64,000 bases of DNA from contig OZ024745.1 in assembly GCA_964016885.1 (NCBI GenBank), positions 105,772,001-105,836,000 of the forward strand, written 5' to 3'. The DNA comes from Eledone cirrhosa. Taxonomy: Eukaryota. The notes beneath the pieces were generated by a model. It saw only the letters and a list, made by a program, of their open reading frames with translations, searched no databases and was not told the DNA's origin. The first letter of the stretch is position 1. Each line of letters opens with the position of its first letter. Shown here piece after piece: positions 40,980 to 57,099 of this stretch. The translations under genes were made by a program, and so were the position numbers.

Positions 40980-41857
40980 TATATATATATATAAAATAAT
41001 CACCGTGCCATGTTCATTGTGAACCTCTCAAATTACTAACGCTAAATACAATACTTCATTGAGATAGTTGACAACAAAACAAAAGACACATTTTTATAAT
41101 TTCCTTTGTCGCCCCCAATTTAATCAATATCCCAAAGACATAACATTACAATTACCCTTTTATTATACTAGAATTCACCGTCATTGTTAGGTTTAGGTTT
41201 TATAATTATGTTGCTATAAAGAGCAATGGATTGGCAAAATGGTTAGTGTATTGACCAAAACGATTTGCATACTTTTTTTTCCATCCCTTTACATTCCTAG
41301 TTCAAATATCCCCGAGGATAGCTTAGCCTTTCATCCTTACGGGGTGGATAAAATATAGTATCAGTAACAAACATCGATTGACATAATCGATTTTCTCCCC
41401 TTCAAATTGATGGCCTCGTTCTAAATTTAGGATCAATCTTTATAATCAAAATGGACGTGGATTGGAGTTATCAGTAGAACGTCTGACAACATGCTTTGTG
41501 GCATATAGTTTCTTTCAGCTCAAATCCTGTTGACGAGGGCTTTGCTTTCCCGCAATAGTGGTTTCATAAAATAAATACCTGTTATGTATTTGTATCGACT
41601 TAATTGACTTTACCTTTCGCTTCGAATTTATTGACTTGTGCCAAAAGTAGTAAACATTGTTATGTACCCAAGCTGTTTATATGTTCTCGCAAATTTCATT
41701 TATTATGATGAAAGTAAATTGTTGTTTTCCAAAATATTATGTCAATGTTTGTGTCCTTTATTGTATGTTTTGAAATGTGAAAGCGTACACACACATAAAC
41801 ACATGCACGACCATACTGTACAACGTACCTAGGGCTAGCATTATTTAAAGAGTCCTA

Positions 41858-42046
41858 GGGTGGTAGATTGGCAGAATCGGTAGAGCGTCAGACACCATGA
41901 TTTCTAGCATAGTTACGTCCCTTTACAGTCTGAGTTCAAATCCCGCCGAGGTTAACTTTGCCTTTTATCCTTACGTGGTCGATAAAATAAAGTACCAGTA
42001 ATGTACTTGGTAATTGCTGGACTTGTGCCTAAAGTAGAAACAATTA
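41858..42046 (+). mobile_element. Full-length SINE
   Basis: A/B boxes, core and tail as at 12913. Confidence 0.9.
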
Positions 42047-42054
42047 TTCTCACA

Positions 42055-42088
<34 letters not shown>

Positions 42089-42431
42089 ATACCCTTGCTT
42101 TCACATACACACACACACACGTACACCTACACACACACACCACCTTCAACCCTCCCCGCTCGGACACTCCGTCTCCCTCTCCCCACTCCACCCGCCACCA
42201 CCCCTACACACCCCACACTCTTCCACCACCTGTTTTACCCCTTTTTAATTTCAGTTTATTTTGATCATGCTTTTATATTTATTTTTATTTCATTTCATTT
42301 TATTTTGATCATGCTTTATTTTTATCTTTATTTTTAATTTCATTCGCACCGTTTCCTCCCACCCCCTTTTCGCTATATGTCTCTCCACCACTCCCCTACA
42401 CACCCTTTGAACTCTCTTCCCACACACTTCT

Positions 42432-42465
42432 CACCTGAGGAAGGGCTTATGCCCGAAACGTCGTT
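42432..42465 (+). ncRNA. Minimal hammerhead motif in a pLTR-like tail (~42130-42553)
   Basis: CAC-CTGAGGA-A-GGGC TTAT GCCC-GAAA-CG-TC-GTT; tail GTACTGCCTCTCTGTTTTGTTCC also at ~29877. Confidence 0.65.
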
Positions 42466-42551
42466 CCCCACCACCACCCCACTCTCCAGAGCGTGAAATT
42501 AATAAACATTCGTTGTACTGCCTCTCTGTTTTGTTCCTGTTCAAATTTTCC

Positions 42552-42631
<80 letters not shown>

Positions 42632-42637
42632 TACTCA

Positions 42638-42679
<42 letters not shown>

Positions 42680-42685
42680 TACTCA

Positions 42686-42722
<37 letters not shown>

Positions 42723-43121
42723 GTATGTTCGCCTGACTCTGACATCTGAATATTCCTAATGACTGGAATCGGTACACACACACACAGAGAGAGACACACG
42801 TACGGACGTATATATATATATATATATATATATAAATATACAGGAGTTGTATGTGTACGTATGTATTTTGTTGCGTGGAAGTTGTATATTTTGCTTGGTC
42901 TAGAATGTCCATATTTACTCACAGAATCATCGGAACAGCAAATAAAATCATAAATAAAATAGAAACAAAATATGAAAGTAAAACTACTTTAAAAATATAT
43001 AAGAAACATGTGACAGAATGGCAACAACAAGATAGGAATTCCGTATCCATCTAGAAATGGAATCTTTCGTTCAGTGGCAAAAGATACATAAATGCATACA
43101 TACAAACACACACACACATAA

Positions 43122-43152
<31 letters not shown>

Positions 43153-43203
43153 TATGTATATATATATATTTACATATACATATTCCCATATACATACACA
43201 CAC

Positions 43204-43235
<32 letters not shown>

Positions 43236-43645
43236 TCACATATATCTGATCACTGACAATACCATCTGTCCCAGGTTGACTCGTTTGTTACGGAGCGTGG
43301 GTCTATTAGGCAGATATAAGCAGTAAATAATTTTATTCATTCTATTTTACACTATATTGAAAGGTTGTTTTCCCGTATATATATGCATCCGTGTGTGAAA
43401 TATGTACAAGGATTCCTTCACTGCAACTAACGTGATAAAGCCATAAAAATGAAAGAAGTATATATATATCATATGAAAATAAGCTAAGTATATATATAGC
43501 TTATTTTCATATGATTTAGCGTTATATATGCATGCCAGATTGGTTGCTGTTTTCGGAGGAAATGCAGTCAGCTGCAGAAGAAAAAATGATCATCGAAAAT
43601 ATAAATAAATATGTACAGCTAACGAATATTAGAAATACATATAGA

Positions 43646-44583
<938 letters not shown>

Positions 44584-46247
44584 TGGGGGGTGTTTGTGTG
44601 TTTGTATGTACGTATTATTTATGTGTGTCTACATAAATACGTCACACATGGATGCTGCACATTCTGAAAAAATCTGAAACACAATCTTATTATCTCGTAT
44701 TCATAGAAGCAAACAATATTGTTTAAAAACAACTCCATCTTAAGGTGTTGAAATTCTTCTTAAGTTGAAATACGGTGACTGTATTATTGAAAAACTCCTC
44801 ATATACATTCACACCACCATTACTAGCACTATAGCCATCATCATCATCATCATCATCATCAATATATGTAGTAATTTCTGCCTAGTATAATTCTTACCTA
44901 TAATCTATTTTACAATGTTTTTATATTATTCTATATCATGTGCTATTTGGTGCCATATTTATCAATTATACTGTGTGCTGTTGTTGCTGGTATTGTTGTT
45001 GAACAGCAAGACAACACTTGTTGATCAAAACTTTGATAAATATCTTTCTATCTCTTACTATTATGTCTATTGTATGACTTCATTGTCTAATACACCTTTC
45101 CTTCAATTTAAAATCAGCAGGCTGTGATTATTGGGAGATTCGATACTTATCCTTAGCCTCTATTAAATGTTAGAACATTTAATAATATTAACAAAAATCT
45201 GTTTTAGCAGTTTCGCGTGAGCATGAAACAAATGCCATTTGGTATGTAGTTACTGGCTTCGAGTTCAAATTTATCTTTCATTTTCCGGGATCGCTAAAAT
45301 AAGCACCAACCATGCACTGCTGCTGTTGTAAAAAATTATAGCCCTTCACCAAACTTCTTGTAATAACTCAATTTTATTCAATTTCCGACGGATGATTCAA
45401 AATCGAACCTCAAATATTCTGTCCAATTCATAGATTTTGTTGTTTTGTTTCATGGACTAGAGGCTGGTTTAGCATTATATTAGTTAATGTCCCTTGTCGT
45501 TATTTAAGATATTAGAATGTTTTGAGCAAGATGTGGTTACTATTTCTAGCAGGTCAAGAGGCCGTGCAAAATGAATTCTCATATTTTTAGTTCTATGTGT
45601 TTATGTACTGTAAATTTAACTTGCTACTCATTAAAAAAAAATCCCCTATCTTATTTGTTTGACATTATCTAAATTTGTCTGGGTGCATATCGAAACAGAA
45701 AGATAATCTTTATTCATTGATTTTCTCTTTTCATTTTATTTCCCATTGGCTTTTGGACATATCGCGTTCATATCTTTTCTTTGATCTGAAAAGGCCAGAA
45801 CTTGTAAAAACCAATGCGGTGATAAGGATTAAAAGCCAGTGTTGTAAATCTGAAATACTGACCTTAAAGTCTATTAAGTGAGTGTAGAGTGCCAAAAATA
45901 TAAATGCTAATTTGTAAATTTACCTGAACTTTTAAGATAGAGAGACTATTATTAAGAAAGTATTGTTCTGAATCAATGACTAAAAGCCTTAAGTCTCTTG
46001 CGTAAATTTGGCTCATGTGCAATTCTGTTGAATGTAATTTTATAAAGGCTAAAAGGTTTTCATTTAGTTCAGAGATTTATGAAAATATATTGAAACGCTT
46101 ATCACTTTATTGAAAATTCTTCTCACGTACATATGTGTGTGTATGTGTATCTATCTATCTATCTATCTATTAACTCTCTCTCTCTCTTTCTCTCTCTCTC
46201 TTTCTTTCTTTCTCTCTCTTTCTCTCTCGCACTCTCTCTCTCTCTCT

Positions 46248-46347
<100 letters not shown>

Positions 46348-47330
46348 TATAATTTATTGGAAGCAATCCAAGATAGATAAATATGCCAGGTGTACTCTGA
46401 AGGTATCCGAACCATTTATCTTTCATTTCCACGTCATTATAGAGCTCCTTCGGATAATATACTTTTATTTTATGCTATTCCATTTAAATTGTTTTATTTC
46501 ATTCATGTTATTATAATAAAAATAATCAGTCTCTTAAGAAAGCATACCAGTTTATAGACCATATACTCATTCTATTATATACACCAATATCCAATATAAC
46601 TTGATGTCTCAAATTGACGTGATGTTTACGACAAGGAATAACTCACATGAATTAAATTATGAACGAAATAACTGTTAGGACTTTTAACAATTATTTATAT
46701 AAGAGGTTATAAAATATCAATTTGTCTCTGAAAACTAGCCAGTTTCATCAACTTCACCTAATATTGTTACATACTAGAACATATTACAGATTACAAAGGC
46801 ATTTATTTGGAAATACTTATTACACATGATATTATGCCTACTATGAAGACGTTTACCAATAACATAATAATTCCACTGCTTTTATTAAGAACAATTATAG
46901 CATACTACACATATTTAGCCGGAGGCTAAGAGAAGAATTGGGGATTAAGTATTTTTGCCTTGAAGCATATCTGAGCACTAGTGATAATACATCAACCGGT
47001 GATCTTACTATTAGTAACACTTCACCGTGTTATTAACTCAGCTGAGATTTACGGTATTTTATCCATTAGAGAAGAGATATCTGTCCTGGACGAAATATTT
47101 AAGAAAGTTCTAATCAGCTGGTTCAAGAATTAGTGGACTATATATTCGAAGTCCCAACTATTAAATTAACTAAATAACTAATAAATTTAGAAACAGGACA
47201 GCAAAATGTGTACCTCTACCTTGTCCTTTGAACTGATGATGATAGCAGCTAAACTTACCTTAAATTACACCATAGCAGGTTAAATAATAAGACACAAGAT
47301 AGATAATATCTATCTTAATAAATGTACTAC

Positions 47331-47518
47331 ATAATTGTTTCTACTTTAGGCACAAGGCCAGCAATTACCCAGTACATTACTGGTACTTTATTTTATCGAC
47401 CCCGTAAGGATGAAAGGCAAAGTTAACCTCGACGGGATTTGAACTCAGACCGTAAAGAGACGTAACTATGCTAGAAAGCATAGTTCAACCCTCTACTGAT
47501 ACTGCCAAATCGCCGCCC
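47331..47518 (-). mobile_element. Full-length SINE
   Basis: Reverse complement of the family consensus. Confidence 0.9.
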
Positions 47519-49103
47519 TAATAAAATGAAGTGTTTATGACTAGAGAAACATTGATCAGAACCTTCGCGAATTACGAGAGACCTGGAGCTAAACAACAGC
47601 ATTAAAAATAATTTAGAATGTATAGAACGTTACTTCCGGTGTATGTGAGAGGGAGAGGGAAAGAGTAAGAGATAGAGCGAAAGCGAGGGAGAGCGATGAC
47701 GTCAGAGATATTTATTTTGACTATCAGATATAGAGCTATTGATAAAGAATTCATTAATGAAGCCTAACATTCTCCCGACAACTCTAACTGTACTAAATAT
47801 CCACGGACGAAAAGCTTTGCAATAGATTGGGATCTATTTTTGTACTCACCAGTTACGCATAAATTGTAAGAATATTCTATTCATTTAGGAAAACTGGGTC
47901 AATCTCACCCCCCCCCCCCCCCTCTCACCCTCACCCCTCACCTCTGCCACATCACCCCCTCTGCCACATCACCCCCTCTCCCCTCTCACCTCCTCTTCCA
48001 CCTCTGCCCCCGCTGCCCCTCTCCCCTCTCCCCTCTCCCCCTTTATATATAGAATGTGTAGCAACAAGGGCGGTGCCCCAGCATGGCCTCAGCCGGATGG
48101 CTGGAACAGGTAAAAGATTAAAAGAGAATATATATAGTTTTTGTTGGGCTGTTTAACAGTGGGTAGAACCGGTGGTTCGGGCTGGTAAACGATGATGTAA
48201 CAAATTATTTAAAGCACTTAAATCCTCCATCGTAGATGTGGTATCCAGCTAGGGATTGGTATAACGAATTCGTTCTAACCAAGAATCAGAATCTTGTTGC
48301 TGCCTTAGTGTAACCGACTATTACATTCTGCTGTACGATATTATAATATTTATTAGATTAGATTATTTCAACATATTTCCAAAGTGTTAATTGGTTGAAA
48401 AAGGTTGTCCTTTACTCATACTATTCAGTGAAAATATATGTGCATGTTTGATTGGATGGTGGAACATGTGTATTTTACTGGATGTTGTTGGTTAGCACCA
48501 TCTCATATCACATCTATCAAACCTATGGTAAATGTATTCTATCCATGGCCTTCTTATCTTTTTAAAGGGTGTGTAGGAATTAATTAGCCAATATTTCCTT
48601 GTCATATTTAAGAAGATATGATATAAGAAAAATTTGGCTGCTATTTCTAGTAGGTCGAGACCTCACATTGACAGGTTTTCCTTCATGTGATGCCATGCTG
48701 GCAAGTTTTTCAGTTCTTTAGAAGATGTGAGAAGAGGAGAACGATCTTTGACCTTCATACCCTGTATCATTCTTGCATGTATCAATTTCCATATCTTTCA
48801 TTGGTGAAACAAAAGAAAGAAAAGAAAGAAAGAAAGAGTTTCATTCCTCCCTTCCTTGCTATATAACCTCTGAAAGTACAGGTGCACCTTCATCTCTTGT
48901 TATGTAGATTACAACTAATATGCTTATGAGAATCTTCCATCTGACGGATAAAGGAATTATTCTACATTTGATAGTAGTTTTGATATACTGTACAGAATAT
49001 GATACGAAATAATTTGACAAGGTGGTTTTAGTGACAGTAGTAAATCTACTTGAATGAATATGGGTTTATGTGTCAGTTCAATTCAATTCAATACATATTC
49101 ACA

Positions 49104-49157
<54 letters not shown>

Positions 49158-49200
49158 AACGAACACACACACAAAAGCACTTACACGCACGCACACACAT

Positions 49201-49270
<70 letters not shown>

Positions 49271-50182
49271 TTACACATACGCACACACACATATATATAT
49301 ATATATAGAGGGAGAGAGGGGTGAGGGGGAAGGAGAGAAAGAGGGGGTGAGGGGGAAGGAGAGAAAGAGGGGAAGAGAGACGAAATATAGAAAGAAAGTG
49401 ACTGAAAGAGACACGCAGAGAACTACACGTCTCTATATTTCTTAATGATTTTGTAGGAAGTATCTCTATTCAAACATTAAGGCAACTAAAGATCTTAGAA
49501 TATATGTTGTGAGACTGTAGAGATCCGATGCATGAATTATACTTTATTGTTATTCAACAGCAATTTCTCTGCGTGGATTGTAAGCATTTTTTGTATGCAA
49601 TTGCTCAACTAAATACTACATCAAGGGCCTTATTTTATTAATTTTTGTTGTGGTGTGTTTTGGTGTATATGTCAGCTCTGTTCAAATAGACCAATTATTA
49701 AAGACATTTCAACGGTTAACATTTTATATGTGCCCATCTATGTGTTGATGCAGAAAAAAGTGTAGTCTCTTTATGTGGAACCACAATACTTGACAGCTAA
49801 TAATACATAGAGGAATCGCAAACACGAGGTTCTAAAAACCTTCGCTAAGTACAAACCACTACCTCCATACGGACAACTGACGTTGCACACCAGGTCTGAA
49901 CACGGAGGAGCCACACTCCCACTGTCATTGCCTCCATCTCTCACGCCCTCCCCATCTCTCTGTATTACGAACAAAAGGGATCCCACGTGATGGCTGCACT
50001 ATGGCCCCGGCGGACATAATGGATAAGGCGTTTCCCAGGAGGATGGTAAGGGAGATGGTCCAATGTTGTGTTAGTCTAGAAAATGATGCCATCAACCTGG
50101 TATGGTGTGATTTGAGATTTAGCTATTATTGACACTTTGAGAGACCAGGTACATCCTTCCTGATTGACTGGTGAATGAATGA

Positions 50183-50369
50183 ATAATTGTTTCTACTTTT
50201 GGAGCAAGGCCAACAAATACTCAGTAGATTACTGGTACTTTATTTTATCGAACCCGTAAGAATGAAAGGCAAAGTTAACCTCGGCGGGATTTGAACTCAG
50301 TCCGTATATGGACGTAACTATGCTGCAAAGCATGGCGTCAGACCCTCTACCAATACAGTCAATCCACCT
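50183..50369 (-). mobile_element. Full-length SINE with TSD
   Basis: TGAATGAATGAATAAT at 50172-50187 and 50371-50386. Confidence 0.9.
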
Positions 50370-50872
50370 CTGAATGAATGAATAATGTTAGATGACGATG
50401 TTCATGGGTATGGTTGGTAATAAATATTATGATTGATGGACTCTGAGTAATGAATGATGATTATACCAATGAAAGCCATGATAACCGTGATGATGATAAT
50501 GATCGTGGAAGCGTGGCGTTGGTGATGTGGAGGCTGATGAAGTGGACGATTACGATGATGATGATAACGATGATGAAGACTGTTAAATTCACAGACTGAG
50601 TGATCATAGAGGATGGCTTAGTTGTTTGTGTCCATATTTGTAGGTTCTGATTGCGATGAAGTTTCTCACGCGAGCAGTAGGTATGTTATTATTGTTGTTT
50701 TTGTTTGGTTCGAAGCAAATTATCATCGACGATACAAAAATTTCCTGGGATTTCAGGAAATATTTATTTTCGGACACATTTAACTTGGAATATATTATCC
50801 AATGTATCCTTCATTTTCTCTATCAAATTGAAAGTTACGTGTAGAGATTTTGACTTAAAGATATATATACAG

Positions 50873-50964
<92 letters not shown>

Positions 50965-50993
50965 AAAGAGAGGTGTGACACACGAGTGTGGTA

Positions 50994-51650
50994 TATTAGT
51001 AAAAAGGAAAAGAAAATGCTGACAGATTTTTTCAAGTGAAAAATAGTTTAATTAGGAATAAGTATAAATTAGTAATAAGTAATGGTTAGTATTCAGTGTT
51101 AGTTTTAATGTTTTTACCGGTTGCGCATTTCAAATGCTTTTCAAAGCTAATTTTGAGATAGAGCGTCCGTGATTTGGTTGGTTGTTGAATGTCAGGTGAA
51201 TAAGCACTTCTCCCTAAGACGAACCCACAACATACACACGTCCACATACATACCTACATCAACATACATCCTACATACATTTCTATCCAAAAGTATCCCA
51301 TACGGCAGGGCCTAATGGATTCCCTTGCAGTACGTACAATCTGGACACACTCACACACACCTTGGTGTTATGACAATACTATACATCATTTCACCTCTTT
51401 TATTCCCGTGATTTCTACCGACCAATCAAAATTATAGTGCTTATTCACGTGACATTCAACAACCAACCAAATCACGAACGCTCTATCTCAAAATTATTTT
51501 TGAAAGGCATTTGAAATGCACAACCGGTAAAAAACTTAAAACTAACACTGAATACTAACCATTACTTATTACTAATTTATACTTATTCCTAATTAAACTA
51601 TTTTTCACTGGTAAAAATCTGTCAACATTTTCTTTTCCTTTTTACTAATA
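50994..51650. mobile_element. Inverted-repeat element related to 21190-22050
   Basis: Arms ~50994-51206 and ~51438-51650 are reverse complements; each carries the TTGAAA.-GCATTT-AAATGC-.CAA-CCGG-TA motif. Confidence 0.85.
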
Positions 51651-51668
51651 TATATATATATATATATA

Positions 51669-53778
51669 TTATGAAAATAAACTAAAGAAGCCTTCAATAC
51701 ATCAAAAGTCTTTATTAGCCAACAATGGTTCGTCCTATTAAGGACTCATCAGGGAAATTAAAGCTATAAGAAGCACTATCAGCCAATACAACCCCAAAAC
51801 TCAGAAGAATATGGAGTGTACATAGATTAAAGCATATGAAAATTATCGGGTAAAAATTATCAAGTAAAAATTGCTAAGGAAGTGAATAACATTTTGAACC
51901 ATATTACAAATATAGTCCAATGCAAAAACTAAAGCTAAACAAAGGTGGTGATATAGAACGGGAATTATTGTACTATATATAATATAATATAATATAATTG
52001 ATAATGATAATAATAATAATAATAATATTAAAAGGCCCAATATACATATATATATATATACATATGTACACATATATACATATATATCAATACACATTTC
52101 CATCAATACAAGCACAAACTAACCCTTATTAAGAATTTAAATATAAATAAGAATAATAAGAATAATAAGAATAAATATAAAAATAAAAATAAAAATAAAA
52201 ATAAAAATAAAAATATAATACATATATTATTTACAGTATAAAATGAAGAAGAAATGATTAAAAGTAAACATATAATATATAATTGTTTCTACGTTAGGCA
52301 CAAGGCCAGCAATTACCCAGTAAACATATAATATATAATAAACTATATAATTATATAATAGATAATCTCCGGTTAATTTGCACAAACAATATAAATGTTA
52401 CAATAACACTATAATAACAATATTATAATATAATTGCATATAACTTAACAAATCATATAGAGTTACAGACCGGGTGAGAAAAAATATTGTATAGAACTAA
52501 ATTATGTTGGAAAAATTATGTTGGAAAAATATCAAAACCATTGCAAAAAAACAGATGGAGGTCACATTTCTCTACAATTGGTGTAAATAAATATTATCCA
52601 AACATTACAAAAATTATAAAAATATAAACATATTACAGAATTTACAAAATTTAACATAACATAATGGTACATTTAATAATCGGTAAATAATAAACATCAG
52701 TAGTACGTTTACAAAGAGTGGAATGATATAAAAATTTCAATATAAAATATTGAACATAGTATAATATACATAATTACGTGGTTGGTGGACAGACATTTGT
52801 GAATAAGTGAATAAGAACCAGACAGAAAACTACGTATGGTAGTATAAATATATAAATAAAATCAACCGGAAATCGAAAAACAAAAACAAAAGTATTTACT
52901 TAGGTGTCACATACAGTTAAGTAAAAAATTTTGGAAACAAACCCGGATAAATGACTAGAAAACCCTATTAAATTAATCAATATAGAAAATATTTAAAATA
53001 CATAATAAGTCAATACAAAATTAGCTATGGTTTAAGTAATCAAAATTTCCAAAGTTTAAGATATCACTATAAAAATATCTGGAAAAGAATGAAATATTCT
53101 ACAATCAGTTGAATAACGTTATCTAATAAACGGACTTTAAGTAGAATTATGGTAGGCCAATGGGGACAGAAAAAAGAAATGTATGTGGGATACGAAGGAG
53201 CATAAAATCATAATCAATATACTGTATTATACAATAGAAAGGAGCATAAAAGGGAATTGAATATAATTATAGTATATTTGAAGGGGCGAATGACAAGTGT
53301 GTGTGTGGGGGGGGGGGGATTATCCAAGGAAGAATCCAAATAAATTAAAATAAAATAATATAAAATAAAATATATAATCAGATATAAACTCATAAGGTGT
53401 TAATAGTGAAAATATAATATAGATATGGTATGGTAGCCAAAGGACTATGAAAGCTAGAATGGAAAGCTGTTAAAAACCAATAATGATAATAATGATAATG
53501 ATGGTGGTAAACAATTTGTTTTTGCATTGGACTATATTTGTAATATGGTTCAAAATGTTATTCACTTCCTTAGCAATTTTTACTTGATAATTTTTACCCG
53601 ATAATTTTCATATGCTTTAATCTATGTACACTCCATATTCTTCTGAGATTTTGGCTTGTATTGGCTGATAGTGCTTCTTATAGCTTTAATTGCCCTGATG
53701 AGTCCTTAATAGGACGAAACATTGTTGGCTAATAAAGACTTTTGATGTATTGAAGGCTCCTTTGGTTTATTTTCATAA
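51669..53778. mobile_element. ~2.1-kb element with ~260-bp inverted pLTR-like arms (51669-51929 and 53519-53778), tail continuing to (TA)n at ~53880
   Basis: Arms nearly identical reverse complements, each with an HHR; A-rich interior without a usable ORF. Confidence 0.85.
53692..53729 (+). ncRNA. Canonical minimal type I hammerhead ribozyme
   Basis: GCC-CTGATGA-GTCCT TAAT AGGAC-GAAA-CATTG-TT-GGC; all core nucleotides intact. Inverted copy at 51718-51755 has GAAC. Confidence 0.88.
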
Positions 53779-53876
53779 TTCTTCGGCTCTGTTTAATTAC
53801 ATTGAGCTATACCTTTACTGTCATTTCTATAATACGAAGAGGGTGTTTAACTCCAACACACTCTAGTATTTTAATT

Positions 53877-53960
<84 letters not shown>

Positions 53961-54290
53961 CAAAATGTATAGTGATGAAGTTTCGTTTACATGTCTATAT
54001 TGATTACCAACCTGTGACGTACATTTCACAGAAGATTGGCTCAAATTCACCTACAGTTGCTATGGACCTGACTCCAATATCGATCTGCTTGTCAGACTTG
54101 GTGATTCAACAAAAGTCTGGTCGATAATCAATAAAGAGATGTAAACGAAACTTCATAGCGTTTTCATTATATAATCTCTGCCTGTGCATCGAATGCTCAT
54201 GTTGGTAGGACCAATCACCTAACTATCTCTCTCCCTCTCTCTTCTCATCTCTCACTCCCTCTCTCTTCTCATCTCTCTCCCTCCTCTCTC

Positions 54291-54377
<87 letters not shown>

Positions 54378-55684
54378 TTACATATATATAAATAATATTT
54401 ATACTAAACTCGTCCTATGAACTGAATGATCTTACTCTTGGATATTTCCACTTAACATTTACTTCAGTACTTACATATATATATACACTTGCGAAAGGTA
54501 TACGCATAACAACAAAACAAACAATACAGTACAATGAAGATATATATTAGTTTACCGCTTGGTAGACTAGGAAAAGAGTTTCAAAGTGTCGGCGCTTGTC
54601 CCTCATCATAAGCTAGAAAGAGAAATATTAGAAGAAATAAAAAGACAGAAGAGAGTATGAAGAAGAAGAAACGGTAAAAAAAGTTTTTTAGAAAAAGCTC
54701 ATGTTTATTCAATCAGCCATTTATATAGCTGAGAGAAAGCAGTTTATTGACATTTACAAATAATTGGTGCTAATGACTTTCAAATTGTTATCAGAAACAT
54801 TCTTTTACGTCCTTCGTAAATGTTCGCGAATATTAGACGTAAAATACAAGCGTGGTTGGTTAGATTCAATAAGAACATATGGAGGTAATGGTATAACGAT
54901 CGGGGAACATTTTACTATTCAAGATGGTGACTAATATTTGTCCTTGCAATATAGTGTCGACGTTACTTAACTGATTCTCTATGATGTTTATATTTTAATT
55001 ATTTTTTTGGCATTGGTATGGACAATCTTTTTGAAAATATATGGCAAATACATTTATAAAACGAGAATTAGAAAACTTCAAAAGAAAGGATGTTAATGAA
55101 ACCATTCTTCTTTTCTTTGAAGCAGTTCAAGAAACAATGGTAGAAATTTAGTGCCTGTATAATTGAGAATGCTTGCTGATACTATGATTAAAATATTTCG
55201 AAACCTAAAAATAATTTTACCAGTGATTATTAAATGTTGGTTATGAATAAATATCGATTCGACCTTTATAAAAATGTGAATGCAATAAATGATTTAATTT
55301 CAACAGGATCAAACTTATCCGAATATGTTTTAAAATAAACACAATGAGATTTCGCAGGTGTTCTATTGTATGTATGTATGTGTCTATCTATGTATGTATC
55401 TATGCATGTATGTATGTGTGTATGTATGTAAATGTGTGTATTTGTGTGTATATTTGTATGTATGTATGTATGTATATATGGTTGTGTGTGTATGTATGTA
55501 TGTATGTATGTATTATGTATGTATGTATGTATGCATGTGTTGAGTGTCTCTAAATATATCCAGTTAGAAGAAAACGTCTTGTTTAAAATCACGACTTATG
55601 AAAACATATGTGCTCTCAAATCTCATTCGCTCTGTCTTTCCTCACTTTATTTTCCTCTCACTTGTATTCTCCCACCCTCTCTTA

Positions 55685-55894
<210 letters not shown>

Positions 55895-57099
55895 TTCTTT
55901 ATATTTATACATCTAATAAGATTTTATTTTATTTTCACAGAATACATGCGCTTTCACTCCGGCAAGTATTATTTTCATTATTTTTATTTTATTAGTCAGA
56001 ATCAAAACTGTCAAAGTCATACTGCTTCCGACATTTAGAACTTTGGATCATGTTTTTCGCTTTACATTCTTCGTTGTACTTTCTTTATACTTTGTGTGTT
56101 TGTTTTTCATCATTTGTGTCTTTGCTGTATTTTTTTCAGTGATTTATTTATTAGTTTATCTTTATATTACTTTTCTGGGGGAAATTCTATGTTGTTATAT
56201 ATGATAATTTTTATTTTTGTTGAAAGATGGTTGTTCGACAATTGTCTATATAATAATTTTTATTTTTAACAATTTATATACTCTGGCACGTACACTAACA
56301 CAGACATATATACGCCCACACATGCAGAGACGCAAATGTATTCAAGCACATGTACTGTGATATATTTGGACATATAAGCATAAGTATCTCCTGTGCATGT
56401 GTATATATAAAAATATACAAGTGTTTGTGACAATATGGTGTTAATGTATCATTCTAATCACGATCATCATCACCAATGTCATTATACATCAATCCCATCA
56501 GCGTTATCATCTTTTCTATCCTTCACTGTAAATACACCTTGCCAGGCATATCAATATCCTCCTTGTCTCCCACACCCTCCCGTTGTCTTCGAGCCCCCTT
56601 CACCTTCCCCTCATCCCCACCATCATTATCTTCATCATCATCATTTTATCTTCGTAATTACCATCTGCTTCTATGATTTTATATACTGAAACTTGTTTTA
56701 TTATTATTTCGATGTGTTTTCGCTTCCCTTGAAACCTGCGAGTTCTTCCTACAAAGAAGTTGTTGCTTTCTTACTGAGAAATAAAACCCCTCCATTAACA
56801 ATGTTTGAGCAATTTTCCATAAATATTTTCTTTCTCTCTATTTTGTATATGGATTTTGAATGACATTTACCAGGCAACTAATCTCCACACAGTATATTAT
56901 CCCTTGTTTTGTTTCCTGTTCAAAACAATTCAAACTTATTATGTGTGCCTCGTAGGGAAATGTTTGTGAAAATATTAATACATTTTATTTTTGTTAGGAT
57001 ATATGGATATATTCAATATCAGGAAACTTTCGGAACCTCTGTACGTATTTATGTGTTATACCATCAACAGCCAACATTTTTCAGTCACATGTTTTATTC

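Noticed and set aside
49780-50100. GC-richer segment with possible GTAAG donor (possible exon)
   Set aside because: No recognisable peptide or supported acceptor.
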